A stretch of DNA of 64,000 nucleotides from assembly GCA_945878755.1 (NCBI GenBank), contig CAMDWM010000002.1:75-64074 (forward strand), read 5' to 3'. The position numbers were made by a program, and so were the translations under genes. The notes beneath the pieces were generated by a model that saw only the letters and a list, made by a program, of their open reading frames with translations, did no database searches and was not told where the DNA came from. The DNA is from Akkermansia muciniphila. GTDB lineage: Bacteria > Verrucomicrobiota > Verrucomicrobiia > Opitutales > UBA953. This document shows positions 49,635 to 58,103 of the stretch, piece after piece; position 1 is the first letter of the stretch; each line of letters starts with the position of its first letter.

Positions 49635-50496
49635 CTTCAAACGGCACGAGGAGGTAATCCTCAGCGCCATCGCTGATATTCAGCCAGAGGTCATAGTGAC
49701 CAGGCGGGGGCAGGCGTAAGCGGAAGGAAAGCGTCGGGTTTGCCTCGTATTCACCGCCTTCTAACGACGGGTGCATGTGTGCGTAGCCAGTTTGGGTGGT
49801 CGCATCGCTAAAGAGTACCGCATGGCCCAGTGAGGCCATCAAGGGCTGGAGCTTGAGCGGAGGGGCGCCGGCTGGGGCCGCCAAAGTCACGCGCACTAAG
49901 GCGGACTTACCGGACTGGGTCGTTGAGAGGGTCACCGCCTTCACCTGATTGCGGGAGATGAGCGGGGGCTTGGGCAAGGATCGCACCTCGAGGCTGGCGG
50001 TCGCCTCGGCCAGCAAAACGCGGCCAGCACGGAGCGTCACGAAATCGACGTAGGCCTGAAAGTCGCCGCCAGGGTTTCCTTCCGTGAACCATGAGGGCAA
50101 TACAAAGCGCCAAGTACCATCATCGGACGGAGTCGGATGAACGTGGATATAACCCTTTCTTCCCGTGACCTGCCGGAGGTGCAAGTGGACCTTCTGCGTG
50201 TGCGAGATTCCGACTTCAAAGGGTAGGATTGGTCGACCCTCATCACCGATGAGGCGGAGGGACCCACCCTGACCATTATCATTAAAGGCGAACTCGAGTT
50301 TCACCGGGAACTGCAAGGCCTTGGGGGAGTAGAAGTTGGCCTCCTCATTGACCCCGCAGAATTGGATACCCTGCGAAATGACCGGCTCATGGGCGGCGTG
50401 GAGGAAGGCGCACTGCGTATCCGGCAAGGAGCGTAAGCCGAAGAACGCGACGACCGCTAGTGCGGTCAGGATCCAGATTTGGCGTGCAGTGGTCAT
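49624..50496 (-). CDS. Membrane-anchored protein with two tandem ~120-aa domains, each carrying a GY-x-H-x-HP motif; function unknown
   Basis: 290 aa with an N-terminal TM helix. The internal repeat shows GYIHVHP (res 115-121) and GYAHMHP (res 237-243). Each is followed by an F.LP..G.Y beta-rich segment. Confidence 0.5.
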   Translation of the reverse strand: MTTARQIWILTALAVVAFFGLRSLPDTQCAFLHAAHEPVISQGIQFCGVNEEANFYSPKALQFPVKLEFAFNDNGQGGSLRLIGDEGRPILPFEVGISHTQKVHLHLRQVTGRKGYIHVHPTPSDDGTWRFVLPSWFTEGNPGGDFQAYVDFVTLRAGRVLLAEATASLEVRSLPKPPLISRNQVKAVTLSTTQSGKSALVRVTLAAPAGAPPLKLQPLMASLGHAVLFSDATTQTGYAHMHPSLEGGEYEANPTLSFRLRLPPPGHYDLWLNISDGAEDYLLVPFEVTP

Positions 50497-51338
50497 CGGG
50501 GTTGAGGAGGCTCGGCGAGACGTGCAAAGTACTCGGCAACCTCGGTGGAGTCAAATACGGCACCCTCTCGGCGTTGGACGATGCGGCCCTCAGGGCTGAC
50601 AATCACCAAGGCGGCATTGTGGAGGATCGTGCCGTCACTCCGGGTCGTCAAGATGCCGTAATGGCGCATGAGATCCTTGATGTGGTCTTCGCGTCCAGTC
50701 AGGAAACTGTGTCGTTTAAAGTCGATACCGTAACCCTGCGCATAGGAGCGGAGGATGCCGGGGGTATCCACTTCGGGGTCGAAGGTGATGGTGAGTAAAC
50801 GGACATTGGCGAGGGCGGGCCGCTTGGCTAATTCGTCGGCCAGTTTGCGCATGGCCGACGTCGAAGCCGGGCACATGCGGGCATTCCGGCAACTCGTGAA
50901 GACGAAGTTGATCGCCAAGGGAGCGCCGAGGAAGTCCTTTTTCAACTGGAACCGCCCGTCTTGATCCCAGAGGGCCATCATAGGCATGAGGTCGTTGGCG
51001 CCGCGCATCACGATCCGCCCACGCTCAAAGGTATCCCGGCGCAGGGCCTCAACGACCTGTTGCTCCTGTCGAAGCTCTTCGAGGTCAGCCGAAACCACGC
51101 CTTCCGCCGACAGCTTGCCGTCACGCTGCACCAAGGTACAGCGGACCTGCTTAGCCCAAGCAATTTCGAGGTCGCCGGCTTGGAGCGCAACGGTCACGGG
51201 GGCACCAGGCTTAGCCGTACTCGGCGTAAAGTTCGCGGAGCGACTCGCTGGTTCAAAACGGTTTAACTGCCCAACCTGCGAGACCGAGTCGGCCGCTACG
51301 AGGAGCGACACGGAGAGGAAGTAGAGGAAAACTTTCAT
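50493..51338 (-). CDS. SCO1/SenC-family thioredoxin-fold protein with an N-terminal extra domain and an atypical Cys motif
   Basis: 281 aa with a signal peptide. The Trx-like region has FVFTSCRNARMCP (Cx5C where CxxxC is expected) and the conserved downstream His (ILHNAAL). Confidence 0.7.
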   Translation of the reverse strand: MKVFLYFLSVSLLVAADSVSQVGQLNRFEPASRSANFTPSTAKPGAPVTVALQAGDLEIAWAKQVRCTLVQRDGKLSAEGVVSADLEELRQEQQVVEALRRDTFERGRIVMRGANDLMPMMALWDQDGRFQLKKDFLGAPLAINFVFTSCRNARMCPASTSAMRKLADELAKRPALANVRLLTITFDPEVDTPGILRSYAQGYGIDFKRHSFLTGREDHIKDLMRHYGILTTRSDGTILHNAALVIVSPEGRIVQRREGAVFDSTEVAEYFARLAEPPQPR

Positions 51339-52261
51339 GAAAATAGCTTACCCGATTCGCCCAAGAGGAGTTGGACCATGCCATGTCGAACGCCGCGATG
51401 GGTCAGCTGGAAAGCTTCGGCGCCCGTGAGGTCGGCTAAGACACACAAAGTCAGCAAAGCCGCTGGCATGATATCTATGCGATCAGCAGGGATTCCTGGT
51501 AAGGTGCGTCGTTCTTCGGCGGTCATTCGGCAAAGCTTGTCTTTGAGTTCACGGATTCGCAATAACGGCAGACGGCCGCCGACCGGGGATTCACCGAGAG
51601 CCTCTAAGTATAAGGCAATCACCGCGAATGCCCCCCCTGCACCTACAATGAGCGCGCGTTCGGCTACCTGCGTCGGAATGACTTCGACCAAGCTCTGGAG
51701 AACCTCAGCGCGAAACGCCGCCTGTGCTGACTCACTGATTGGACTAGGGGCACCTCCGAGGAGTGTCTGCGTGAGGCGGACTGACCCTAAGGGAAAACTC
51801 TTGGCTAACGTGCAACGCTGGCCGCGGATTTCCATCACCTCCAAGCTCCCGCCACCGAGGTCGAACGCGAAGATGTGCTGATAGCCAGCCAAGGCGGGGT
51901 CGGAACGGACGCCGTCCGCAGCTAAGCGGGCTTCCACTTCTCCGGAGACGAGCGTCAAGCCCAGGCCCGTCAGGGCTCTTAACCTAGCGTCGAACTCTCC
52001 TCGGTTGCCACACTCGCGCAGAGCGCTGGTACCTAATAAGATAATCGGATTCGCCTTCTGTTCGCGGGCGATTGCCACCAACCGAGCCACGGCTTGGGCA
52101 CCGGCTTCAAGAACCTCAGCCGATAGGATGATTTCGCCACCCGCGGTCGAAAACAAGCGGACGGGCTCAGATGCCCGTAGTACTTCGCACCCGTTTTGGC
52201 GATCGAGGACAGAAACCTTGATCGAATTCGAACCGATGTCGACGACAGCTAAAGTACTCAT
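51335..52261 (-). CDS. Ppx/GppA-family phosphatase (short, two-domain form)
   Basis: 308 aa. Starts with the actin-like ATPase motif LAVVDIGSNSIK and contains FDLGGGSLE. Confidence 0.8.
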   Translation of the reverse strand: MSTLAVVDIGSNSIKVSVLDRQNGCEVLRASEPVRLFSTAGGEIILSAEVLEAGAQAVARLVAIAREQKANPIILLGTSALRECGNRGEFDARLRALTGLGLTLVSGEVEARLAADGVRSDPALAGYQHIFAFDLGGGSLEVMEIRGQRCTLAKSFPLGSVRLTQTLLGGAPSPISESAQAAFRAEVLQSLVEVIPTQVAERALIVGAGGAFAVIALYLEALGESPVGGRLPLLRIRELKDKLCRMTAEERRTLPGIPADRIDIMPAALLTLCVLADLTGAEAFQLTHRGVRHGMVQLLLGESGKLFS

Positions 52262-53235
52262 TAGAATTTAATGTCGGCCTTCAGGCCCCCGAAGCAGTGA
52301 AAGTCTTCCTGGGTCTCGAAATCCTTAGTCCGCAGGCTGAGGAAGTATGTCCCGCTCAAGTGATAGAAGTGAAAAGTCGTTCCAGCCGAAAGTTGGAGGA
52401 CCACTGGCCGCCGCGTCACGGAGCGTGAATTCACGAAGTTCGTTCCATCGGTAGCGTAGTTACGCACAATGACCTCGGTCTGCGCATCCAGAAAGAACCA
52501 AGACGAGACCATCGGCCCGTCCGTCGGCAAATTGAAGCCCTCGAGGGGTTGATAGGCGTTCGAATGCCGAATGGTACCATGACCCCACGAGCGATCCAAA
52601 TCCCAGCCCCAACGGTACTGCACCCCCAGCACCACCTCGGTCCGCAACGTGCCGAGCTGCAACTGCCCCCGCGCGATCAAATCACGAAGGCTTCGATTAG
52701 CACCACCGAGGTCGAAGCGACGCTTAAACTCGAAGTTTAGGTTCATGGCCGGCTCGTTGGGCAACTGGTAGTCCCAGCCGGCGGGGCGTGAAATGCCCAC
52801 CAAGTCGTGGAACTTATTTTGAACGTTTTGTGCTCCGGAAGCAGGTCCGATGACGCCCAACTGGAATTCGGCGGTAAACAGGCAATCCCTCCGGCCACCG
52901 CGCTCCAGAACGGTTCCATAACCATAGGTCAAGTAGAGCGCGCCAGAATACGGTAAGTCCGTATCGGGTGGATTCGCATTGTTCGTATCAGACGGAGAGT
53001 TGATTTCCTGGGTCAGGGCCCAATAGTGGTTTTCGTCCGTATTGAAGGATAAACGCAGCCCCTGTGTATAGTAGCGATCCTTGTTGGTCGGGGCGAACTT
53101 GTCGTTTTCCTCGACCAAAGAAAGGACCGTCCCGGGACGCGGCAAGGGGATGGCCGAGTTCCAGACCAGCGGCAACGTCTGTGCGGCGCCTAGTTTAACC
53201 ACAGCTATGAAGGCAATCAGGGGGATGGACCGCAT
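52261..53235 (-). CDS. Outer-membrane beta-barrel protein, lipid A deacylase LpxR (DUF2219) family
   Basis: 324 aa with a signal peptide. Contains EENDKFAPTNKDRYYTQGLRLS, typical of LpxR/DUF2219, and a C-terminal aromatic residue (KF). Confidence 0.6.
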   Translation of the reverse strand: MRSIPLIAFIAVVKLGAAQTLPLVWNSAIPLPRPGTVLSLVEENDKFAPTNKDRYYTQGLRLSFNTDENHYWALTQEINSPSDTNNANPPDTDLPYSGALYLTYGYGTVLERGGRRDCLFTAEFQLGVIGPASGAQNVQNKFHDLVGISRPAGWDYQLPNEPAMNLNFEFKRRFDLGGANRSLRDLIARGQLQLGTLRTEVVLGVQYRWGWDLDRSWGHGTIRHSNAYQPLEGFNLPTDGPMVSSWFFLDAQTEVIVRNYATDGTNFVNSRSVTRRPVVLQLSAGTTFHFYHLSGTYFLSLRTKDFETQEDFHCFGGLKADIKF

Positions 53236-53326
53236 GAATCAGATGAGGAGCAAAGCCGTTTCGGCCAAGCGTCACAACGCCTTTCTGCTTGTGAACTATT
53301 CACCGCCCAAGTATCTGACTGTCAGG

Positions 53327-54421
53327 ATGTCGCATAATTCTGCACGAGCGCCGACCGCCAGGATAGAGGTCCTGAGCGATGGGTTGACCCTCGTGGTCGT
53401 ATCGGGCGATTGGACCATTCACGACACCCTCCCCCGAATCTCTTTTAAAGGGGATAAGGTTAAAGTCCAAGTGGACGCACTGGGGGCATTTGATTCGTCG
53501 CTTCCCGCCTGGCTCTATGTGCATTTCAAGAATGTCCGTCAGTGCGACCTCAGTGCTCTGCCCCCGCGGCTGCAGTCCTTAGTCGAGATGGCTGAGAAAG
53601 CTACCCTCACTTCAGATCGCCCAGCCAACTCTGGTTTCTTTGAGAACTTTGGTTCTTGGGGTATCGAAAGTACACACTCTTGGGGGCGGGCTTTTGACCA
53701 TATCGGCCAAACCGCCGTGGGCTTTGCCCGGGCTTGCATCGGACGTGCTCGGGTCAACTGGAGCGACTTCACTCTCCAACTGCAGACCGCTGGCGTGGAT
53801 GCCCTGCCCATCGTCGCCTTACTGGGCTTCTTGACTGGCCTGATCATGGCCTATGTGGGCCTTATCCAGCTTCGTCAGCTCGGTGCCAGCGTCTATGTCG
53901 CCAACCTCGTCTCGCTGGCTATGACCCGCGAGATGGGGGCCTTGATGACGGGCATCATCGCCTGCGGCCGGATGTCTACGTCTTTCGCCTCACAGTTGGG
54001 CAGCATGAACGTAAGCCAAGAAACGGATGCCCTGCGCTCGCTCGGCATCAACCCCATCGAATACCTCGCGGTACCGCGCATCCTTGCCGTCACCTTGATG
54101 GTCCCCCTCCTCGCCATTTTCGCCACCTTCGTCGGCATCTTTGGCGGGATGATTGTTGCCTGTGCCGGTGACCTCAGCATCGAACAATACCTCACACAGG
54201 CTATCCTGGCGATCCAGTTTAAGAGTTTCTTAGTCGGCTTCATCAAATCCATCGCCTTCGGTTTCATCGCCGCTTGGGCAGGCTGCTACCGTGGTTCGGT
54301 CGCCCAACGTTCCGCCCTCGGCGTCGGTGATGCCGCTACTTCGGCCGCCGTCCTCGGTATCACGCTCATCGTCATCGCCGATGCCTTATTCGCGGTGATC
54401 TTTAACCTGTACGACTTCTAA
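53327..54421 (+). CDS. mlaE: MlaE-family ABC permease with an N-terminal STAS-like extension
   Basis: Start chosen at MSHNSARAP (364 aa); earlier in-frame starts would overlap the LpxR-like gene. The permease core has REMGALMTGII, the GRxxxS (GRMSTS) motif and the EID-type segment ETDALRSLGINP. Confidence 0.75.
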   Translation: MSHNSARAPTARIEVLSDGLTLVVVSGDWTIHDTLPRISFKGDKVKVQVDALGAFDSSLPAWLYVHFKNVRQCDLSALPPRLQSLVEMAEKATLTSDRPANSGFFENFGSWGIESTHSWGRAFDHIGQTAVGFARACIGRARVNWSDFTLQLQTAGVDALPIVALLGFLTGLIMAYVGLIQLRQLGASVYVANLVSLAMTREMGALMTGIIACGRMSTSFASQLGSMNVSQETDALRSLGINPIEYLAVPRILAVTLMVPLLAIFATFVGIFGGMIVACAGDLSIEQYLTQAILAIQFKSFLVGFIKSIAFGFIAAWAGCYRGSVAQRSALGVGDAATSAAVLGITLIVIADALFAVIFNLYDF

Positions 54422-55179
54422 TGAACGCCGTCGCCCCAATACTCTTGTGCGAAGACCTCGTGGTCGGCCACGCCGGCCAAGCGGTGATGAGCGACATTAA
54501 TATCCGCCTCCCGGCTGGTAAGATCATCGCCATTGTCGGACCGAGCGGCTGTGGGAAAAGCACGTTGATGCGCGTCTTAGGCGGCCTCGATGAACCGATA
54601 TCGGGACGTTCGGAATTACTCGGCACTGACCTCGTCCACGCGACTGCGCTCGAGCGTGAATCCGTCCTGCGCCGCTCCGGTTTCCTTTTTCAAGGCTCTG
54701 CCCTCTTCTCTTCCCTGACGCTCCGTGAGAACGTCGAATTACCGTTACGGGAATTCCTGCCGATCCCACCGCAGGAGATCGCCCAGCTCGCGGAGTATAA
54801 GTTAGCCTTGGTCGGCCTGGCTGACGCTATGGACAAGCTACCCTCCGAAATTAGCGGTGGCATGGCCAAACGCGCTGGGATCGCCCGGGCCTTAGCGCTG
54901 GACCCCGCGGTGATGTTCCTCGATGAGCCCAGTGCCGGCCTCGACCCGGTAACCTCCGGCAAGCTCGATGAGCTCATCCTGAAAATCAAAGAATCCTTCG
55001 GCACGACCATCATCTTGGTGAGCCATGAAGTGCCTAGCATCTTGCGGGTCGCCGACTTCTGCGTTTACCTCGACTCCGATACGGGCAGGATGGGCGCCTA
55101 CGCGCCGCCCAAGGACTTCCTATCGCCGGAAACCCACGCCAAAGCCCACGCCTTCTTCACCCTCGCTCGGATATCCTAA
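54421..55179 (+). CDS. mlaF: MlaF-type ABC transporter ATP-binding protein
   Basis: 252 aa. Walker A GPSGCGKST, signature SGGMAKR and Walker B MFLDEP. TAATG overlap with the permease gene. Confidence 0.85.
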   Translation: MNAVAPILLCEDLVVGHAGQAVMSDINIRLPAGKIIAIVGPSGCGKSTLMRVLGGLDEPISGRSELLGTDLVHATALERESVLRRSGFLFQGSALFSSLTLRENVELPLREFLPIPPQEIAQLAEYKLALVGLADAMDKLPSEISGGMAKRAGIARALALDPAVMFLDEPSAGLDPVTSGKLDELILKIKESFGTTIILVSHEVPSILRVADFCVYLDSDTGRMGAYAPPKDFLSPETHAKAHAFFTLARIS

Positions 55180-55182
55180 ACC

Positions 55183-56226
55183 ATGAGACGCCATGCCAAT
55201 AAGACCTTAATCGGCGCCTTCGTCGCGGGCGGCGTCGTGCTCTTTCTCGCCGCCTTTATTCTCCTCGGTGCTGGCTCCTTCTCCGGTACCAAACCGACCG
55301 CCCTCGCCTATTTCGACGACTCCGTCAGCGGGCTCGACATCGGCGCCCCTGTCAAGTTCCGCGGCGTGACCATTGGTAAGGTCTCGCAAGTGCTTCTGCG
55401 CACGGATAGCCAAGCCCCGTCTGACTACTCTATCCCCGTGGTCATGGAGTTCACGCCCGACCTCCTCACCCGGCGTGGCCTAGACCAAGCGCTTGTCGAT
55501 AAGAGCGGCCTACGCGTCTCCGTCGAAAAGGGCCTCCGCGCCAAGCTCCAACAACAATCCGTCATCACTGGCGTGCTTTACGTTGAGTTAGACTACTTCC
55601 CCGATACGGCCTACAAGCTACACGACACCAAGGGCATCCAAGCGGAAATCCCCACACTGCCGTCTAACCTCGGGGCCTTAACCAAGGCTGTCTCGCAAAC
55701 GCTCGATCAACTGAGCCGCGTGGACTTTGTGGCCATCACGAAGAAGGTGGATTCTATTCTCGGGCGTATCGACAAGGGGGCTTCCCAGATCGAGTTCGAG
55801 AAAATCAACGGCAACCTCGTCCGGGCTTCCGACAACATCGCCCGCATCACCGGCGACCCTGCTATCACCAAGGCTATTGAAGATTTTTCGGCGGCGATGA
55901 AGTCCGTGGATTCCTTGGTCAAACGCCTCAATCAACAGGTCGACCCGGTCGCCGACGACATCAAGTCGATGGCCGCCGCTGGGCGCAAAGCCTTGGAACG
56001 TCTGAATGAGACGGCCGAAAACTTACGAACTCTGACTAAGGCTGGCTCCCCGACCCGGCGTGAGCTCGACACGGCCTTGGCCGACGTCTCCGAAGCCGCC
56101 ACGGCCATCCGCTCCTTGGCCGACTTCCTCGAGCGCAATCCGGAAACCATCATCCAAGGCCGAAGTAAACGCAGCGCTACCGACAAGAAGATCGAACCTG
56201 CACCCGAGACCCCCGAAGCCAAATGA
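55183..56226 (+). CDS. mlaD: MlaD/MCE-domain protein
   Basis: 347 aa. N-terminal TM helix. MCE domain (FDDSVSGLDIGAPVKFRGVTIGKV). Long helical C-terminus. Confidence 0.8.
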   Translation: MRRHANKTLIGAFVAGGVVLFLAAFILLGAGSFSGTKPTALAYFDDSVSGLDIGAPVKFRGVTIGKVSQVLLRTDSQAPSDYSIPVVMEFTPDLLTRRGLDQALVDKSGLRVSVEKGLRAKLQQQSVITGVLYVELDYFPDTAYKLHDTKGIQAEIPTLPSNLGALTKAVSQTLDQLSRVDFVAITKKVDSILGRIDKGASQIEFEKINGNLVRASDNIARITGDPAITKAIEDFSAAMKSVDSLVKRLNQQVDPVADDIKSMAAAGRKALERLNETAENLRTLTKAGSPTRRELDTALADVSEAATAIRSLADFLERNPETIIQGRSKRSATDKKIEPAPETPEAK

Positions 56227-56807
56227 CCTCGCGCCTCCTCACCATCCTGACGGCCAGCCTACTTCTCACGGGTTGCATCGTCTTCGATAAAAAGAGCGAG
56301 TCGGTCACGTTCCATCAGCTGGCCGCCCCGCAGGCAACCCCGACTGTTAAAGGTCCCTTACTCTTCATCCCCAGGGTTACCCTGCCGTCCTCGGTCCGTC
56401 GCCCGACTCTGGTGCTGATTGACGAAGCGAACAACGTCCAGGTGGAAGACTCCCAACGCTGGGCCACCCCCTTAGACCGTGGACTCGCTGAGGCCCTCGG
56501 CCAGCACCTCGTCAAGAATACCGGCCGGCCCGTCACCAACCAAGCACCAGGTGAGAGCCACCTGGTCCTGCTTATCGACGTGGACCAATTTGCCCTTAAC
56601 CACGGAACGGCCGTCCTCCAGTTGCGCTTCCGAGTTGAAAACGACGCCGGGCACCTCCTCGCCGAAGGTCAAGGGACCTGGAACAGCCCTAAAGCCGATA
56701 AACCCGAGGACTTTGTGCGCGCCCAGTCGGAAAACCTCGCCAAGGCGGCCCTCATCATTGGTAAAGTGTTGGCTCCCTTGACGACTAAGTCCGGGCCACC
56801 CAGATGA
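56223..56807 (+). CDS. ABC-transport auxiliary lipoprotein (PqiC/YmbA-like, DUF330)
   Basis: 194 aa. Lipobox LLLTGC. Lies in the usual position after an MCE gene. Confidence 0.6.
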   Translation: MTSRLLTILTASLLLTGCIVFDKKSESVTFHQLAAPQATPTVKGPLLFIPRVTLPSSVRRPTLVLIDEANNVQVEDSQRWATPLDRGLAEALGQHLVKNTGRPVTNQAPGESHLVLLIDVDQFALNHGTAVLQLRFRVENDAGHLLAEGQGTWNSPKADKPEDFVRAQSENLAKAALIIGKVLAPLTTKSGPPR

Positions 56808-57277
56808 CCGACCAACCTATCCACCGCCCCAACGGCTTCAGCGAAGTGACCGGTGAGATTTGCTACGACCTCCCCTCGGCCTATATTCCGCATCGCGCCA
56901 CTGGGTTACTGCATCTGGCCCGCTTCCTCGGAAAGATCCGGAAGCACCTCAAAGGGGAGCTACCTAAGTCCTACCAACGGAACTTCTGTAAGGGTTTTGA
57001 CCGTTTCCTCTGCGCCCACCTCGACGTTACTCCGGAAGCCGTCATCCAGTGCGTACGCGAAGCCCAGGACGAAGCTGACCTCGACGCTCGTCTCCTCGCA
57101 CTATTCCCCAAAGACCTGCTGGTCCATAAATGGAATCGAGAGCTCGTCCAAAAAGGGATGAGCGAAATGGGCCGCGAAGCCCTCGGTAACGCCAAGCGCT
57201 TAATGGGTGCAACCGAGCGCACCGACGTCATTTCTTTCGCCGACATGATTGATTTTGACGAGGGACGCATCCTATGA
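56804..57277 (+). CDS. Hypothetical protein, DUF5069-like
   Basis: 157 aa. The pattern LLHLARFLGKIRKHLKGELPKSY...FDRFLCAHLDV resembles what I recall of DUF5069. Unverified. Confidence 0.45.
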   Translation: MTDQPIHRPNGFSEVTGEICYDLPSAYIPHRATGLLHLARFLGKIRKHLKGELPKSYQRNFCKGFDRFLCAHLDVTPEAVIQCVREAQDEADLDARLLALFPKDLLVHKWNRELVQKGMSEMGREALGNAKRLMGATERTDVISFADMIDFDEGRIL

Positions 57278-58101
57278 GTACCGACGAAGCCAACCCCAAC
57301 CGCCTGGTGCTACGCGGCATCGACGCGGTCATCGCCTGCATCCTGGAGCACCCGAAAGCCCTCCGTGAGGTGCATGCCTCCTCAGCGTTTGTCGCGGCCT
57401 TGGCGCCGCACGTGATCGCCCTCGAAGCGCTCGGCGTGAAGCTGCGCACCTCTTCGCCCGACGACATGTCTTACCTCTGCGAGGAATCTTGTCATGACGC
57501 TTGTGCGGTGACCATGCGTCCCGAGCCCGGCCATGTGCGCGTGTCGGACTTCTCCGAATGGCGCGAGAAACACGAGACGATCGTCATCGCCGACCACATT
57601 ACTCGCCCGGCCGACTTGGCGGCCATCGCCCGGACCATGAGCGCCTTTGGGATTCATCGGCTGCTGCTTTCATCTGGCACGGAGAAGCTCGCGTTTAACG
57701 CAGAAGTCTGGTCCCTCGCCCGTGGGGCCATGGAACATGTCCGACTCATGCGCGCCGCCGCTCTCGGTGGCCTCCTCAAGCTCGTCGAGGATAAGTGCTG
57801 TATCGTAGGCTTCACGCCGGGCGTTGGCCGTAAGGTCGACCTCGGTACGCCCGTTCGCGTCCCTGGCCGCCACCTCGCCCTGCTCCTGAGCGGCACGGAA
57901 ATCCATGGCGACCTCCAGCCTCGCTTGGACCACGTCTTCCGCTACCCCGGCCTCGTCAGTCGTCCCTCCTTGGCCCTGGCCGAAGCCGCCCCGATTGCCA
58001 TCGCTTGGATTGCCTCCACGCCGCAGCCCCGTGCTGATGGCTTCTTAGCCCGCAAGCGTGCCCGCCACCTTAAGTCCGACCCCCCACCCCCTTCTGCCTA
58101 A
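57274..58101 (+). CDS. SpoU/TrmH-like SPOUT-fold protein with divergent motifs
   Basis: 275 aa. Aligned by eye, motif 1 is DLAAIARTMSAFG, motif 2 ALLLSGTEIHG and motif 3 SLALAEAAPIAIAWI. The canonical Asn residues of motifs 1 and 3 appear to be replaced. Confidence 0.55.
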   Translation: MSTDEANPNRLVLRGIDAVIACILEHPKALREVHASSAFVAALAPHVIALEALGVKLRTSSPDDMSYLCEESCHDACAVTMRPEPGHVRVSDFSEWREKHETIVIADHITRPADLAAIARTMSAFGIHRLLLSSGTEKLAFNAEVWSLARGAMEHVRLMRAAALGGLLKLVEDKCCIVGFTPGVGRKVDLGTPVRVPGRHLALLLSGTEIHGDLQPRLDHVFRYPGLVSRPSLALAEAAPIAIAWIASTPQPRADGFLARKRARHLKSDPPPPSA

Positions 58102-58103
58102 TC

